This document shows, in pieces, positions 28,195-37,723 of a DNA stretch of 64,000 nucleotides; positions within the stretch are counted from its first letter, which is position 1, and every line of letters begins with the position of its first letter. The translations under genes were made by a program, and so were the position numbers. Source of the DNA: Phycisphaeraceae bacterium (GTDB lineage: Bacteria > Planctomycetota > Phycisphaerae > Phycisphaerales > UBA1924); contig JACKHC010000002.1 of assembly GCA_020639235.1 (NCBI GenBank), forward strand, positions 116,841-180,840. Direction: 5' to 3'. The notes under the pieces are model-generated. The model made no database searches and had not been told where the DNA came from. It saw only the letters and a list, made by a program, of their open reading frames with translations.

Positions 28195-29526
28195 TCATGG
28201 CGCACTGGGTGCGACCGACACGATGACCTCGGCGCTGTTGGACTCGGAGAAGATCGATTCGGCGGCGGACTCCATGTCTTCGCGTGTGAGATTGTTGAGG
28301 CGGCCGCGGAGTGTTGGCCAGTTGATGCCCATGAGTTCGGCGCGGCCGAGGGCGAACGCGACGCCGTATGGGTTGTTGACGAGCGCGGCCTCGGGGACAT
28401 CCGTTGAGCCGAACATCCACCCGAACTGCATCGCGGTCATGGGCGTGTCGACGGGCTTGTCGGCTGACTCGATCGTGGCGGCTTTGATGAGTTCGTCGAT
28501 TTTGTCGCGAGCGTTATCGAGCTCGTCCTCGGAAGTAGCGGTAGCGGCGATATAGAGCGTGTGGGGGTCGTCGATCAGGGCGTACTGGACGGGCGGCGCA
28601 TCGCCCGGCTTGTAAGAGGCCATGGCCTTCTGGAACAGGCGCGTGATGTGGACGAGGAAGGGCGCGTAGTGCGGGGAGTCCGGAGCGGGCGCGGCGATGG
28701 CGCGGGTGATGACGATGGGGGCTCCCTGATTCCAGTCCGCGGCATCGATGGCGATTGATTGCGGCGGGACATCGGCAAGGTTGGCGCGGTTACGCATCGG
28801 CGGCGGCGCATCGCCGGATTCGATGTCGGCGACGTGCTGTTCTATGAGTGCGCGGGTTTGGTCGGCGTCGAAGCCGCCCGCGATGACGACAAGAGCGTTG
28901 CGGGGCTTGTAATACGCGTCGGCGAACCTCTGGGCCTGATCGACGGTGACGGCGCGAAGTTGGTCGATAAGGCCGCCCTTGCGGAAGCCCTCGCCCGACG
29001 GGCGGATGGCTTCGCGGGCGAGGTTCATGGATGCGAGATGTGGGATGCCGCCGAACATGTTGGAGAGTTCGAGCTCGAGTCGGGGGAGTTCGCGGTCGAG
29101 GTCTGATTGCGTGATGGTGAGCCCTTCCAGGCGCGCTGCGAGGTCGTCGAGTTCGGATTCAAGGTGTTCATTCGGGAAGACGGTCGCGAGTACGGTGTAG
29201 TCCTCGCCGGTCTGCGCGTTGGCGCCGCCGAGCGGAGGCGCGTAAGTGGTGAACCACACTTCGGCGGTGCGGGCGGGGATGTTGCCCGCGGCGGCGGTGA
29301 CGAGGAGATGCTCCATCATGTGGGCCATGCCGCTAGCGCCCGCGGGGTCGTGGCGCTCGCCGATGGTGAAGAGCGTGACGAGTGCTGTGGATTGTGCGCC
29401 ATCGATGGGCCGGAGGATGACGCGCATGCCGTTGTCGAGCGTGAAGCGTTCGGCATTACCGGCGTGCGTCGTTGTGGTGGTTGCTGCGAATGTGAGCGCA
29501 CAGAGGGCGCGGGTGATGATGTTCAT
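28195..29526 (-). CDS. M16 (pitrilysin) family zinc peptidase, secreted
   Basis: Signal peptide 'MNIITRALCALTFAATTTTTHA'; inverted zinc motif 'HMMEH'; ATG 29526. Confidence 0.75.
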   Translation of the reverse strand: MNIITRALCALTFAATTTTTHAGNAERFTLDNGMRVILRPIDGAQSTALVTLFTIGERHDPAGASGMAHMMEHLLVTAAAGNIPARTAEVWFTTYAPPLGGANAQTGEDYTVLATVFPNEHLESELDDLAARLEGLTITQSDLDRELPRLELELSNMFGGIPHLASMNLAREAIRPSGEGFRKGGLIDQLRAVTVDQAQRFADAYYKPRNALVVIAGGFDADQTRALIEQHVADIESGDAPPPMRNRANLADVPPQSIAIDAADWNQGAPIVITRAIAAPAPDSPHYAPFLVHITRLFQKAMASYKPGDAPPVQYALIDDPHTLYIAATATSEDELDNARDKIDELIKAATIESADKPVDTPMTAMQFGWMFGSTDVPEAALVNNPYGVAFALGRAELMGINWPTLRGRLNNLTREDMESAAESIFSESNSAEVIVSVAPSAP

Positions 29527-29557
29527 CGGTGATCTCCTGTTGTCGGAGCGACGGTGG

Positions 29558-30424
29558 TTACGCGGTTGCGGGTTGGTGTTCGCGTTCGAGTCTGCGGAGG
29601 ATGGTGTTGACGCGGACGCGTCGGCGGTCGATGTAGATTCCCCCTGCTGCCCCTGTGACACCCAGGAGCGAGCCGCCGATGGCGCCGGCCCAACCGAGCG
29701 CTTGATGGGCCGCGACTCCGTCGATCCACGCGAGGGCGACCATGGCGCCGGTCATGGCGATGGCCATGGTGAGGAAGAGCCCGGCGAAGAACCATGCTTT
29801 GGCGTTGCGGAGCGATGTGTAGGCGCTGGCGAGTTCTGGGGAACGGGAAGCGTCCATGGGTTCGGGCTCGCGCATCGCGGCGCGAATGCCCAGCGGGAGC
29901 GTGAGGAGCATGGTCGGGGCCATCGTTGCGGAGACGATGAGCGCGACGAGCCACTGCCTCCATTGCGGAGTCGATAGACCGGCGTCGGACATGTCGGAGA
30001 GCAACGGGCGGAGGGCGATAGCGATGATGCCGGCGGCGCAGAGCGCCCACGCGATGATCCAGAGTGACTTGGGGATGGGAGAGGTGTGGGCGCGGTCGCC
30101 GGTGAGAGAGGCGGTGCGGACGGCGGGCTGGGCGTTGTGCGGCTGGCCCCACGCGGGGTTCTTGGCGCGCATCGCGGGCATCGCGAGGAAGAAGAAGAGC
30201 GGGAAGAAGAGCGGCCAAGTGTAGACGGCAGGCCGGACTCCGAATGTTCGCCAGACCAGAAGTGTGACGCCGATGGCGGCGACGGTCGCCAGCACGAGGA
30301 TGAATAGCTTGCGCTCGGCGGTCGCGGGGTCGGCGTCGGGATCGTCTGTCGGTCGGACGCTGAGCGCGAAGACGATGGGCGAGATGAGCATGGCGATGGT
30401 GAAGAGGAGCCACCAGGCGTTCAT
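29558..30424 (-). CDS. polytopic membrane protein, unknown function (co-transcribed with GntR)
   Basis: Start MNAWW at 30424 overlaps the GntR stop (ATGA); about 8 hydrophobic segments. Confidence 0.5.
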   Translation of the reverse strand: MNAWWLLFTIAMLISPIVFALSVRPTDDPDADPATAERKLFILVLATVAAIGVTLLVWRTFGVRPAVYTWPLFFPLFFFLAMPAMRAKNPAWGQPHNAQPAVRTASLTGDRAHTSPIPKSLWIIAWALCAAGIIAIALRPLLSDMSDAGLSTPQWRQWLVALIVSATMAPTMLLTLPLGIRAAMREPEPMDASRSPELASAYTSLRNAKAWFFAGLFLTMAIAMTGAMVALAWIDGVAAHQALGWAGAIGGSLLGVTGAAGGIYIDRRRVRVNTILRRLEREHQPATA

Positions 30425-30831
30425 GACGGTTCTCCTTTCTGGTTGGCGTCGGGCCAATAGCGATTGAGCAGGTCGGCGATGAGTTGCGTGGCGTCGTCAC
30501 GGGAGAGGGCCGCGAGCTTCATGTCCGCCACGGCGGCGGTGAGTGTGGACTCGAGTCGGGCGCGGACTTCGGCGGGCGAGCCGGTGGGGCGTTCGGTGGC
30601 GGCGGTGACGCGGGTGCCCCGGCCTCGCGCTGTGCGGACGAGGCCGTCGGCCTCGAGGGCGCGGTAGGCGCGGGCCACGGTGTTGAGATTGACCCCGAGA
30701 TCGCCCGCGAGCTGGCGAACGGGGGGCAGTTCATCGCCCGGGTTCAGGGACCCCAGCGCGATAAGGGCTCGGATTCCTGCGAGAATCTGCTCGCCGATGG
30801 GGACCGGGCTGTCGAGGCGGACCGAGAGCAT
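30421..30831 (-). CDS. GntR family transcriptional regulator, short YtrA-like subfamily
   Basis: 136 aa; winged HTH 'LPPVRQLAGDLGVNLNTVARAYRALEADGLV'; short C-terminal helical region. Confidence 0.85.
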   Translation of the reverse strand: MLSVRLDSPVPIGEQILAGIRALIALGSLNPGDELPPVRQLAGDLGVNLNTVARAYRALEADGLVRTARGRGTRVTAATERPTGSPAEVRARLESTLTAAVADMKLAALSRDDATQLIADLLNRYWPDANQKGEPS

Positions 30832-30837
30832 GACCCA

Positions 30838-30860
30838 ATAGTATCATACTGTGATACTAT
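30838..30860. promoter_or_regulatory. candidate GntR/YtrA operator: 9-bp perfect inverted repeat ATAGTATCA-N5-TGATACTAT
   Basis: Read directly from sequence. An AT-rich palindrome 7 nt upstream of the GntR start, within the 65-nt divergent intergenic region. Confidence 0.55.
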
Positions 30861-30896
30861 GGCAAGTGTGGTGGAAGAAAAACCTGTCAGAATGCG

Positions 30897-31253
30897 TTGA
30901 TGGCGGGCATGGACTGGTTTCTGGCCATTCTGGGCGGGTATCTGGCGATTGGTGCCGTGTTCGCGGTGGCATTTGTGACTCGCGGAGCGGAGCGGATCGA
31001 CGCGAACGCCCGTGGGGCGGGCTGGGGCTTCCGGTTGATGGCTGTTCCGGGGTCGGCGGCTTTGTGGCCGTGGCTCGCGATGAAATGGGCTCGTCCTCGA
31101 AGAGTCGTGACGCTCACGCCCCGGGACACGCTGGCGCACCGGCGGGTGCACCTGCTGGCTTGGTGTGTGATCCCGTTGTTGGTTGTGGCAATTGTCGCGT
31201 GGGGTTGGCTCGGGGGCGTTGATCCGACGGGGGTCGGGGCGGTGTCACCATGA
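30897..31253 (+). CDS. small membrane protein, unknown function
   Basis: 118 aa, three hydrophobic segments; ATGA overlap with the next gene. Confidence 0.45.
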   Translation: MMAGMDWFLAILGGYLAIGAVFAVAFVTRGAERIDANARGAGWGFRLMAVPGSAALWPWLAMKWARPRRVVTLTPRDTLAHRRVHLLAWCVIPLLVVAIVAWGWLGGVDPTGVGAVSP

Positions 31254-32263
31254 GCGCGACCTACAGGGCGGTGAACTGGAACGCGCACAAGAAGAAGTAC
31301 GACCTGATTGCGCTAGCGTGCGTGGCGTTGTTCGTGGCGGTGTATGTGGGCGTTGGGTCATTGGTGTTCAGGGGTAACGGTGCGATATCGGCGCCGGTGC
31401 TGGCGATCCGTGCGCTGGGCGTGTGCGCTGTTGTGATGCTGCATGTTGTGCTGATGATCGGGCCGATGGCGCGGCTGACTCACCTTGCGGCTCCGTTGCT
31501 CTACAACCGCAGGCACTTGGGTGTGATGACCTTCGTGGTGGCGCTGGCGCACGCGGCGCTGGCGACGCTGTACTACGGTTCGTTCGGCGGCGCCAACCCA
31601 TTGACCGTTGTGCTGACGATGTCGGGGAGCGGCGCGAGCCCCGGTGCGTTCCCGTTTGTGGTTCCCGGCGCGGTGGCGCTTATGGTGCTGTTTCTCATGG
31701 CTGCGACGAGCCACGACTTCTGGCTGGCGAACCTTGGGGCGTGGTGGTGGAAGTGGATTCACATGGGCGTGTACGGCGCGTATGTGTGCATCGTGGGGCA
31801 TTTGGCGCTGGGCGTGATGCAGAGCGAGAAGAGCGTTGTGTACCTGGTGATGATTCTTGTTGGAGCTGGGCTGCTCAGCGGATTGCACATCGCGGCGGGG
31901 GTGCGTGCGTGGAAGCGTGATGCGCGCACGGATGATGCTGTTCAAGGATGGATCGATGCGGGTGCGCTGGATGCGATCCCGATGGGGTGCGCAATATCGG
32001 TGCGAGCGCGCGGCCATGCTCCCGTCGCGGTGTATCGGCATGAAGGCGGGGTGAGCGCGATTCACGGCGTGTGTGCGCATCAGGGCGGGCCGCTGGCGGA
32101 GGGACGGGTGGTGGGCGGATGCGTGACCTGCCCGTGGCACGGGTATCAGTACAAGCCCGAGGATGGGTGCGCGCCGGCACCGTATGACGACAAACTCGCG
32201 ACGCACGAGGTGAAGGTGGTCGATGGGCGGGTGATGGTGCGCATCGAGGGGGACTCGCGATGA
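31250..32263 (+). CDS. ferric-reductase-like transmembrane domain fused to a Rieske [2Fe-2S] domain
   Basis: Six TM segments with His pairs 13 and 12 residues apart ('MLHVVLMIGPMARLTH', 'HLGVMTFVVALAH'). C-terminal Rieske motifs 'CAHQGGPL' and 'CPWHGYQY'. Confidence 0.7.
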   Translation: MSATYRAVNWNAHKKKYDLIALACVALFVAVYVGVGSLVFRGNGAISAPVLAIRALGVCAVVMLHVVLMIGPMARLTHLAAPLLYNRRHLGVMTFVVALAHAALATLYYGSFGGANPLTVVLTMSGSGASPGAFPFVVPGAVALMVLFLMAATSHDFWLANLGAWWWKWIHMGVYGAYVCIVGHLALGVMQSEKSVVYLVMILVGAGLLSGLHIAAGVRAWKRDARTDDAVQGWIDAGALDAIPMGCAISVRARGHAPVAVYRHEGGVSAIHGVCAHQGGPLAEGRVVGGCVTCPWHGYQYKPEDGCAPAPYDDKLATHEVKVVDGRVMVRIEGDSR

Positions 32264-32985
32264 GCGATGAGCGCGGGTTTTATGTGGGGTATCTGGAAGC
32301 GCCACCGGCACACGCGCGGTTCGTGAAGCGTGCGATCCTGGTGTTGATGTGGTTGTGTGTTGTGGGTGCGGGCGTGAGCGCGTGGGCGATGCGGCATCCG
32401 GGCGAGGCGGTGTGGGACACCAGCACACCCAGGATGTTTGAGGGTGTGCTGCGGGAGTCGCCGTACCCGATGCTGGAGACAGAGGAGGGTGTGTACCTGA
32501 TCGTGCGGATCGGGAAGTTCGGCGCGCAGGATCGCGTGGCCGGGTTGGCTGATCGGTGGGTGCGCCTCGAGGGATACCTGCTGGAGCGGGACGGTCGGCG
32601 GATGATCGAGTTGCTCGATGATGCCGGGGCGATCGACGAGGTGAGCGGGACCCCGGCGGGCTCGGAGGATCGGCAGGACTTCGGCGAGGTGTCGCTGCGC
32701 GGCGAGATTGTGGACTCGAAGTGCTACCTCGGCGCGATGAAGCCAGGGGACGGGAAGGGTCACAAGCCGTGCGCGACGCTTTGTGTGGGGAACGGGATCC
32801 CGCCGATGCTGGTCGTGCATCACGACGGCGGCGGGAAGGACTACTACATCCTCGCGACGGATGCGTTCGGCGCGGCGAACGAGATGGTGCGGGAGTATCT
32901 GGGTGAGGCCGTGGAAGTGCGTGGGCGGGTTGTGGAGCGGGGCGGGGTGAGGTTTGTGCGCGCCTTGGGGATCGAGAGGCGTTAG
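32260..32985 (+). CDS. membrane-anchored protein with Cys/His motif, unknown function
   Basis: One N-terminal TM ('AILVLMWLCVVGAGVSAWA'); 'DSKCYLGAMKPGDGKGHKPCATLCVGNGIPP'; ATGA overlap with the upstream gene. Confidence 0.5.
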   Translation: MSDERGFYVGYLEAPPAHARFVKRAILVLMWLCVVGAGVSAWAMRHPGEAVWDTSTPRMFEGVLRESPYPMLETEEGVYLIVRIGKFGAQDRVAGLADRWVRLEGYLLERDGRRMIELLDDAGAIDEVSGTPAGSEDRQDFGEVSLRGEIVDSKCYLGAMKPGDGKGHKPCATLCVGNGIPPMLVVHHDGGGKDYYILATDAFGAANEMVREYLGEAVEVRGRVVERGGVRFVRALGIERR

Positions 32986-34106
32986 TTCGCTCGGCGGCGA
33001 CGCGCGCAAACGGCTCCAAGTGAACACATAGCGACGAACACCGGCGTAGGTGATGGGATGATCACAACGAAGCCCAGATCGGGTTCGCTACCGAAGTGCC
33101 CTACGCCGGCGAATACTCGCCCGTCATCCGAAACACTTGTGAGTCTCGAATAAGTGAAGTCTTCCATTGCAAACCCATAGTCCTCGGCGAGCATGTCGGC
33201 GAAGAGGCGGGAACCACGATCCTCTGACCACAGTACGGCCACATTCGGCGAAGAGCCGTTCTGTCTCCCGTTACCAACGATTACTCCGTTGTCGCTGACA
33301 TCACTTACAAATACCACCGATGACGGGCTATCCCATGGGTGGGAAAGTTCCTGAATTCCTTGATCCGAAGTCCAGAGAAACGCATCGCCACCGCCCATTG
33401 ACCCGACGATTGCAGATCCATCTGAGTTCACACCAGTTGCTCGTTCGGCGTCGACCCCGAGACTCACCATGCCGTCGGCCGCCGTCCATTTGAAAGCACG
33501 CCTCGAGAATGACCCCGACGACACTCCGACGACCGTGGAACCATCTGCGCTGATGGCATCTGCGGAACTATAACTATGGCTTGAGGATAAGTGGCCCAGC
33601 CCGAATGTGCCGGTTGCCTTCGTCCAAACAAATGCTTCGTGCGATGTGAGAGAATTCTGGTCGATGCCGACGACGATGTTGCCGTCACCGCTGATCCCTT
33701 TGGGTTCTAACCGCACATCACCCCCTGGCAGATCATCGATGGCGTGGACAATATCGACATCGATCCACCGGGTCCCGATCCTAGAAGTACCAATGCGGGA
33801 ATAACCTGCTATGACTGATCCGTCTGTGTTGATGGCTGAGACCGAATTGGTTGTATCGGTAGCGGGAAGCCGGGGCAAGACTGTGATACCGTGGCCTAAC
33901 TTCCATTGGAAGCCACGGTTGGGTACGCCGTTAACTCCAATCGCGGTTGTGCCATCACCGCTAATGATCAGTGGAGTCGGATTCGCGGGGATGATGGGCG
34001 GAAAATAAATTGCGGCACCTGGATTACTGGCGAGTGCCGGCGTGACCACCGCAATGGCAGCAACAAAGCCGTTCAGGATTGAACCCATTGAAGACCTATC
34101 CATCAT
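32982..34106 (-). CDS. HAF-family extracellular repeat protein with PEP-CTERM-like C-terminal anchor
   Basis: Repeats such as 'ISGDGNIVVG...HEAFVW', 'ISADGSTVVG...RAFKW', 'VNSDGSAIVG...DAFLW', 'VSDNGVIVG...VAVLW'. Tail is 'IPSPTPVFVAMCSLGAVCARRRRAN'. Lower GC than the surroundings. Start ATG 34106 (the track's TTG 34133 is also possible). Confidence 0.7.
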   Translation of the reverse strand: MMDRSSMGSILNGFVAAIAVVTPALASNPGAAIYFPPIIPANPTPLIISGDGTTAIGVNGVPNRGFQWKLGHGITVLPRLPATDTTNSVSAINTDGSVIAGYSRIGTSRIGTRWIDVDIVHAIDDLPGGDVRLEPKGISGDGNIVVGIDQNSLTSHEAFVWTKATGTFGLGHLSSSHSYSSADAISADGSTVVGVSSGSFSRRAFKWTAADGMVSLGVDAERATGVNSDGSAIVGSMGGGDAFLWTSDQGIQELSHPWDSPSSVVFVSDVSDNGVIVGNGRQNGSSPNVAVLWSEDRGSRLFADMLAEDYGFAMEDFTYSRLTSVSDDGRVFAGVGHFGSEPDLGFVVIIPSPTPVFVAMCSLGAVCARRRRAN

Positions 34107-34160
34107 TCTGTCCCTTTCGTTGCGGGCCTCCAACCCGCATCCAAGGTAGGGAAAGACGGT

Positions 34161-35327
34161 TCAAAGTCCAGTCCATTTCTGGTTCGAGTTTGTGTTCTCG
34201 ACCGTTTTCTCGATGAAACGGACGCCGATGAGTCCGTCGTGTGCGGTTGGGAAGTGGGCGTCGTTGGTGAAGGGTGTGCCGTTCGCGCGGGCCGCGAGGG
34301 CCTCGAAGAAGCCGGCGTAGATATTGGCGAAGGCCTCGTAGAACGCCTCGGGGTGGCCGGGCGGGAGGCGGGTGGCGCGGATGGCGTCGGGGGCCAGCCC
34401 CGCGTTGCCGCGGCGGATGACTTGCTCGGCACCCGACTCGTTCCAGGCGCGGAGTTCGTTGGGAGTCTCCTGTGACCAGTCCAGCGCGCCCTTCTCACCC
34501 CACACGCGGAGGCGCAGGTTGTTTTCCTGGCCGACGCAGATTTGTGAGGCGGTCAGCATGCCGCGCGCTCCGTTGGTGAATCGCAGGAGGACGGAGGCGT
34601 CGTCGTCGAGCGCTCGGCCATCGACAAAGGATGTGAGGTCGGCGCAGAGTGCCTCGACTTCGAGGCCGGTGACGAAGCGGGTGAGGTGCTCGGCGTGGGA
34701 GCCGATGTCTCCGATCGCGCCGCCCGCGCCGGCCTGCGCGGGGTCGGTGCGCCAGGAGGCCTGCTTGAAGCCGCCTGCGGACTCCGAGCGTTCGAGTGCG
34801 CTGGCGAGCCATCCCTGGGTGTATTCGACGATGACCTTGCGGACTCCCCCGATGGCTCCGGACCTGCACAGGTGGCGGGCGTGACGGACGAGGGGGTAGC
34901 CGGTGTAGTTGTAGGTGACGCAGAAGACGGCGCCCTTGGCGTTGGCGGCTTCGACGAGATCGTGCGCTTGCGCGGAGGTCGTGGTGATCGGTTTGTCGCA
35001 GACGACGTGGAAGCCGGCGTCGATGAACGCGCGCGCGATGGCGTGGTGGGAGTCGTTGGGTGTGACGACGGAGACGAAATCGATGCGCTGATCGGCGGGG
35101 AGCGCGGATTCGCGGTCGATCATTTCCTGCCACGAGCGGTAGGTGCGGCTGTCGGGGAGGCCGAGTGCGCGGCCCGATCGCGTGGAGCGGGCGGGGTCGG
35201 AGGAGAAGGCGCCGGCGGTCAGGGCGCAGCGATGATCGAGGGCCGCGGCGGTGCGGTGGACCGCGCCGATGAAGGATCCCTCGCCGCCCCCGACCATGCC
35301 CATGCGCCAGACTCTTGGTGTCGTCAT
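34161..35327 (-). CDS. Gfo/Idh/MocA family NAD(P)-dependent oxidoreductase
   Basis: '[16 protein letters not shown]' Rossmann start, 'HVVCDKPIT'. The 790-aa ORF in the track was trimmed to ATG 35327 (MTTPRVW). Confidence 0.85.
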   Translation of the reverse strand: MTTPRVWRMGMVGGGEGSFIGAVHRTAAALDHRCALTAGAFSSDPARSTRSGRALGLPDSRTYRSWQEMIDRESALPADQRIDFVSVVTPNDSHHAIARAFIDAGFHVVCDKPITTTSAQAHDLVEAANAKGAVFCVTYNYTGYPLVRHARHLCRSGAIGGVRKVIVEYTQGWLASALERSESAGGFKQASWRTDPAQAGAGGAIGDIGSHAEHLTRFVTGLEVEALCADLTSFVDGRALDDDASVLLRFTNGARGMLTASQICVGQENNLRLRVWGEKGALDWSQETPNELRAWNESGAEQVIRRGNAGLAPDAIRATRLPPGHPEAFYEAFANIYAGFFEALAARANGTPFTNDAHFPTAHDGLIGVRFIEKTVENTNSNQKWTGL

Positions 35328-35402
35328 GTTGGTGGTTGTCGCGTATTGGAGCGGCGATGGCAAGGCGTCGGTCGCGGGGTGGCGTTGGCGTACAATCCGC
35401 TG

Positions 35403-37016
35403 ATGAGTGAGCCATCGACGACCCGCGACCGGTTTTATGTCACCACGCCGATCTACTACGTGAACGATCGCCCGCATGTCGGGCATTGCTATTCCACGCT
35501 GCTGGCGGACACGGTAGCGCGCTTCATGCGGGCGAGCGGTCGGGATGTGTTTTTCCTGACGGGGACGGACGAGCACTCGGAACGGGTAGCGTCGCGGGCG
35601 GCAGAAGAGGGGATGACGCCGATCCAGTGGGCGGACCGGAACGCGGGGCTGTTCAAGGAGGCGTTCGCGAAGCTGGGGTTCACGAATGATGACTTCATCC
35701 GGACCACGGAGAGCCGCCACAAGGACCTGGTGACGCGGTATGTGCGGACGCTGCTCGAGCAGGGCGATGTGTACCTGGGTGAGTATTCGGGGTGGTGGGA
35801 CCACTCGCAGGAGGAGTACCTGACGGAGACGGTGGCGAGGGAGCATGGCTTCAAGAGCCCGGTGACGGGGAAGGACCTGGTCAAGCGAACGGAGAAAAAC
35901 TACTTCTTCCGGCTGGCGCGGTATCAGGACCGATTGCTGCGGCACATCAACGAGAACCCGGGATTCATCCGGCCCGAGGCCCGGAAGAACGAGGTGCTGG
36001 GGCGGCTGCGCGACGGGCTGCAGGATGTGCCGGTGTCGCGCGGCGGCGCGGGCGACGGCGGAGCGGCGGCGTGGGGGATTCGGATGCCGGGTGATGAGGG
36101 GCATTCGATCTATGTGTGGATCGATGCGCTGTTCAACTACCTCTCGGTGGTGGATACGCGCGAACGCCGGGGGTACTGGCCAGCGGATGTACACCTGATC
36201 GCCAAGGACATCCTGTGGTTTCACGCGGTGATCTGGCCGTGCCTGCTGATGGCGCTGGGCGAGGCGTTGCCCAAGTGCGTGTACGCGCACTCGTTCTGGA
36301 TCCGCGAGGGCCGGAAAATGAGCAAGTCGCTCGGCAACTTCATCGACATGGAGACGATCGACGCGTATTGCGCGCGGTACGGGACGGATGCGCTGCGGTG
36401 GTACCTGCTGACGCAGGGGCCGATGGGCGCGACGGATGCGGACTTCTCGTACGCGAAGTTCGTGGAGGTATACAACGCGGACCTTGCCAACGGAATCGGG
36501 AACGCCGCGAGCCGGGTCGTGAACATGATCCACAAGTATTTCGAGGGCAAGTGCCCTCCCCCCCCATCAGACTCTGATGACAACGCGCGCCCCCTTCCGG
36601 GTCGTGCTCGGGACGCGGCGTTCCGCGTGAGCGCATGCATGGGCGAGAACGACATCGGCGGCGCGCTGAGCGCGGCGCTTGGGCTATCGAACGCAGTGGA
36701 TGTGTTCATCAACGACACGACGCCGTTCAAACTGGCGAAGGATCCCGCGAATATGGAGCGGGTCGGGCACATCCTCTACGACTGTGTGGAGTCGATTCGG
36801 ATCGCGTCGGTGCTACTGAGTTGTGCGCTGCCGGAGAAGATGGGCATGCTGCTGGGCATGATGGGGCAGCCGGTGCCTATGGATGATGGTTCGTTTGAAG
36901 AGCCGATGGACTCGTTGTGCGCATGGGGGCGGTTGAACCCGGGCGACGCAATCACGATGGGGGAGGGGTTGTTCCCGCGCGCCGACGGGGCGGACCCGGA
37001 GCCGGGGGCGCGGTGA
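35403..37016 (+). CDS. metG: methionine--tRNA ligase
   Basis: '[15 protein letters not shown]' (HIGH-type) and exact 'KMSKSLGN'; start ATG 35403 (MSEPSTT). Confidence 0.92.
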   Translation: MSEPSTTRDRFYVTTPIYYVNDRPHVGHCYSTLLADTVARFMRASGRDVFFLTGTDEHSERVASRAAEEGMTPIQWADRNAGLFKEAFAKLGFTNDDFIRTTESRHKDLVTRYVRTLLEQGDVYLGEYSGWWDHSQEEYLTETVAREHGFKSPVTGKDLVKRTEKNYFFRLARYQDRLLRHINENPGFIRPEARKNEVLGRLRDGLQDVPVSRGGAGDGGAAAWGIRMPGDEGHSIYVWIDALFNYLSVVDTRERRGYWPADVHLIAKDILWFHAVIWPCLLMALGEALPKCVYAHSFWIREGRKMSKSLGNFIDMETIDAYCARYGTDALRWYLLTQGPMGATDADFSYAKFVEVYNADLANGIGNAASRVVNMIHKYFEGKCPPPPSDSDDNARPLPGRARDAAFRVSACMGENDIGGALSAALGLSNAVDVFINDTTPFKLAKDPANMERVGHILYDCVESIRIASVLLSCALPEKMGMLLGMMGQPVPMDDGSFEEPMDSLCAWGRLNPGDAITMGEGLFPRADGADPEPGAR

Positions 37017-37031
37017 TCGGCGAGGGATCAC

Positions 37032-37052
37032 GGGCAAGCCCTTGGCTTGCCC
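37032..37052 (+). terminator. hairpin after metG (GGGCAAGCC-CTT-GGCTTGCCC)
   Basis: 9-bp perfect stem 16 nt after the metG stop; no U-tract, so function uncertain. Confidence 0.35.
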
Positions 37053-37071
37053 ATGGCACCCGAGAGAGGTG

Positions 37072-37671
37072 ATGAAACAGATTCGCGTGTACGACTCGTT
37101 CCTGATCGCGCAGTTTGCTGCGGAGTATCTGCGTGCGCACGGTTTGGCGGCGATGGCGCTGCAGCCGCGGGTCGCGAACGAGGTGCTGGCCTTCACGAAG
37201 CGGGCGTTCAGTTCTCCGATCTACATCGCGCCGGGGATTGATGAGGTGGAGGCGTCGCGGCTGCTGGACGAGTTCGATGCGAACCCGCCCGAGATGGATG
37301 AGGGATGGGAGGAGGGCCAGACAGCACCCGATCTGGGGCGATTGGACTTGTCGAAGTTGCCCGGGCATGTGAAGCCGGAATGCCCGAGGTGCGGGTACGG
37401 GCTCGGCGGGCTGGGTGATGAGGGCGTTTGTCCGGAGTGCGGGGCGGCGTTTGATCTGGTCTCGCTGATCGTGCACGCGTACGGGCCGGAGGTGTTGGAG
37501 GACTGCTATGAGCAGGACGAGCGCGCCGATCTGGCGCACGCGGAGTTGATCCCGGTTTCGTGCGCGCGGTGCGGCGTGTCGCTCGTCGGTCGTCCTCAGG
37601 CGGGTTCGTGCGGTCATTGCGGGCAGGCGTATGACAAACGCGAGTTGCTGGATCGCCTCAGGGGGCGGTGA
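37072..37671 (+). CDS. DUF2007-like N-terminal domain protein with two zinc-ribbon motifs
   Basis: 'CPRCGYGLGGLGDEGVCPECG' and 'CARCGVSLVGRPQAGSCGHCG'; ATG 37072 preceded by GAGAGAGG. Confidence 0.5.
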   Translation: MKQIRVYDSFLIAQFAAEYLRAHGLAAMALQPRVANEVLAFTKRAFSSPIYIAPGIDEVEASRLLDEFDANPPEMDEGWEEGQTAPDLGRLDLSKLPGHVKPECPRCGYGLGGLGDEGVCPECGAAFDLVSLIVHAYGPEVLEDCYEQDERADLAHAELIPVSCARCGVSLVGRPQAGSCGHCGQAYDKRELLDRLRGR

Positions 37672-37675
37672 GTTC

Positions 37676-37723
37676 CTATCCCTCACCCTGCCGCTGCGCT
37701 GTCACCCTCTCCCCCAAGGAGAG
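37676..37723. repeat. GC-rich element (CCCTCACCCTGCCGCTG...CTCTCC-CCCAA-GGAGAG)
   Basis: Hairpin at 37707-37723. Shares CCCTCACC and CCTGCCGCTG segments with the copies at 16381 and 6731. Overlaps the last ~14 codons of the sulfotransferase gene. Confidence 0.6.

Noticed and set aside
31358-33027. 553-aa and 293-aa minus-strand ORFs
   Set aside because: Antisense to the Rieske-fusion operon. The plus-strand genes show motifs and ATGA coupling.
32982-34133. Mobile element or genomic island with integration machinery
   Set aside because: GC is lower, but I could not find an integrase, a transposase, a flanking tRNA or direct repeats. It is reported only as a compositional islet.
35328-36533. 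N-terminal extension of the 790-aa minus-strand ORF 34161..36533
   Set aside because: Antisense to metG, with an Arg/Pro-rich low-information translation. The Gfo/Idh/MocA Rossmann start 'MGMVGGG' follows ATG 35327.
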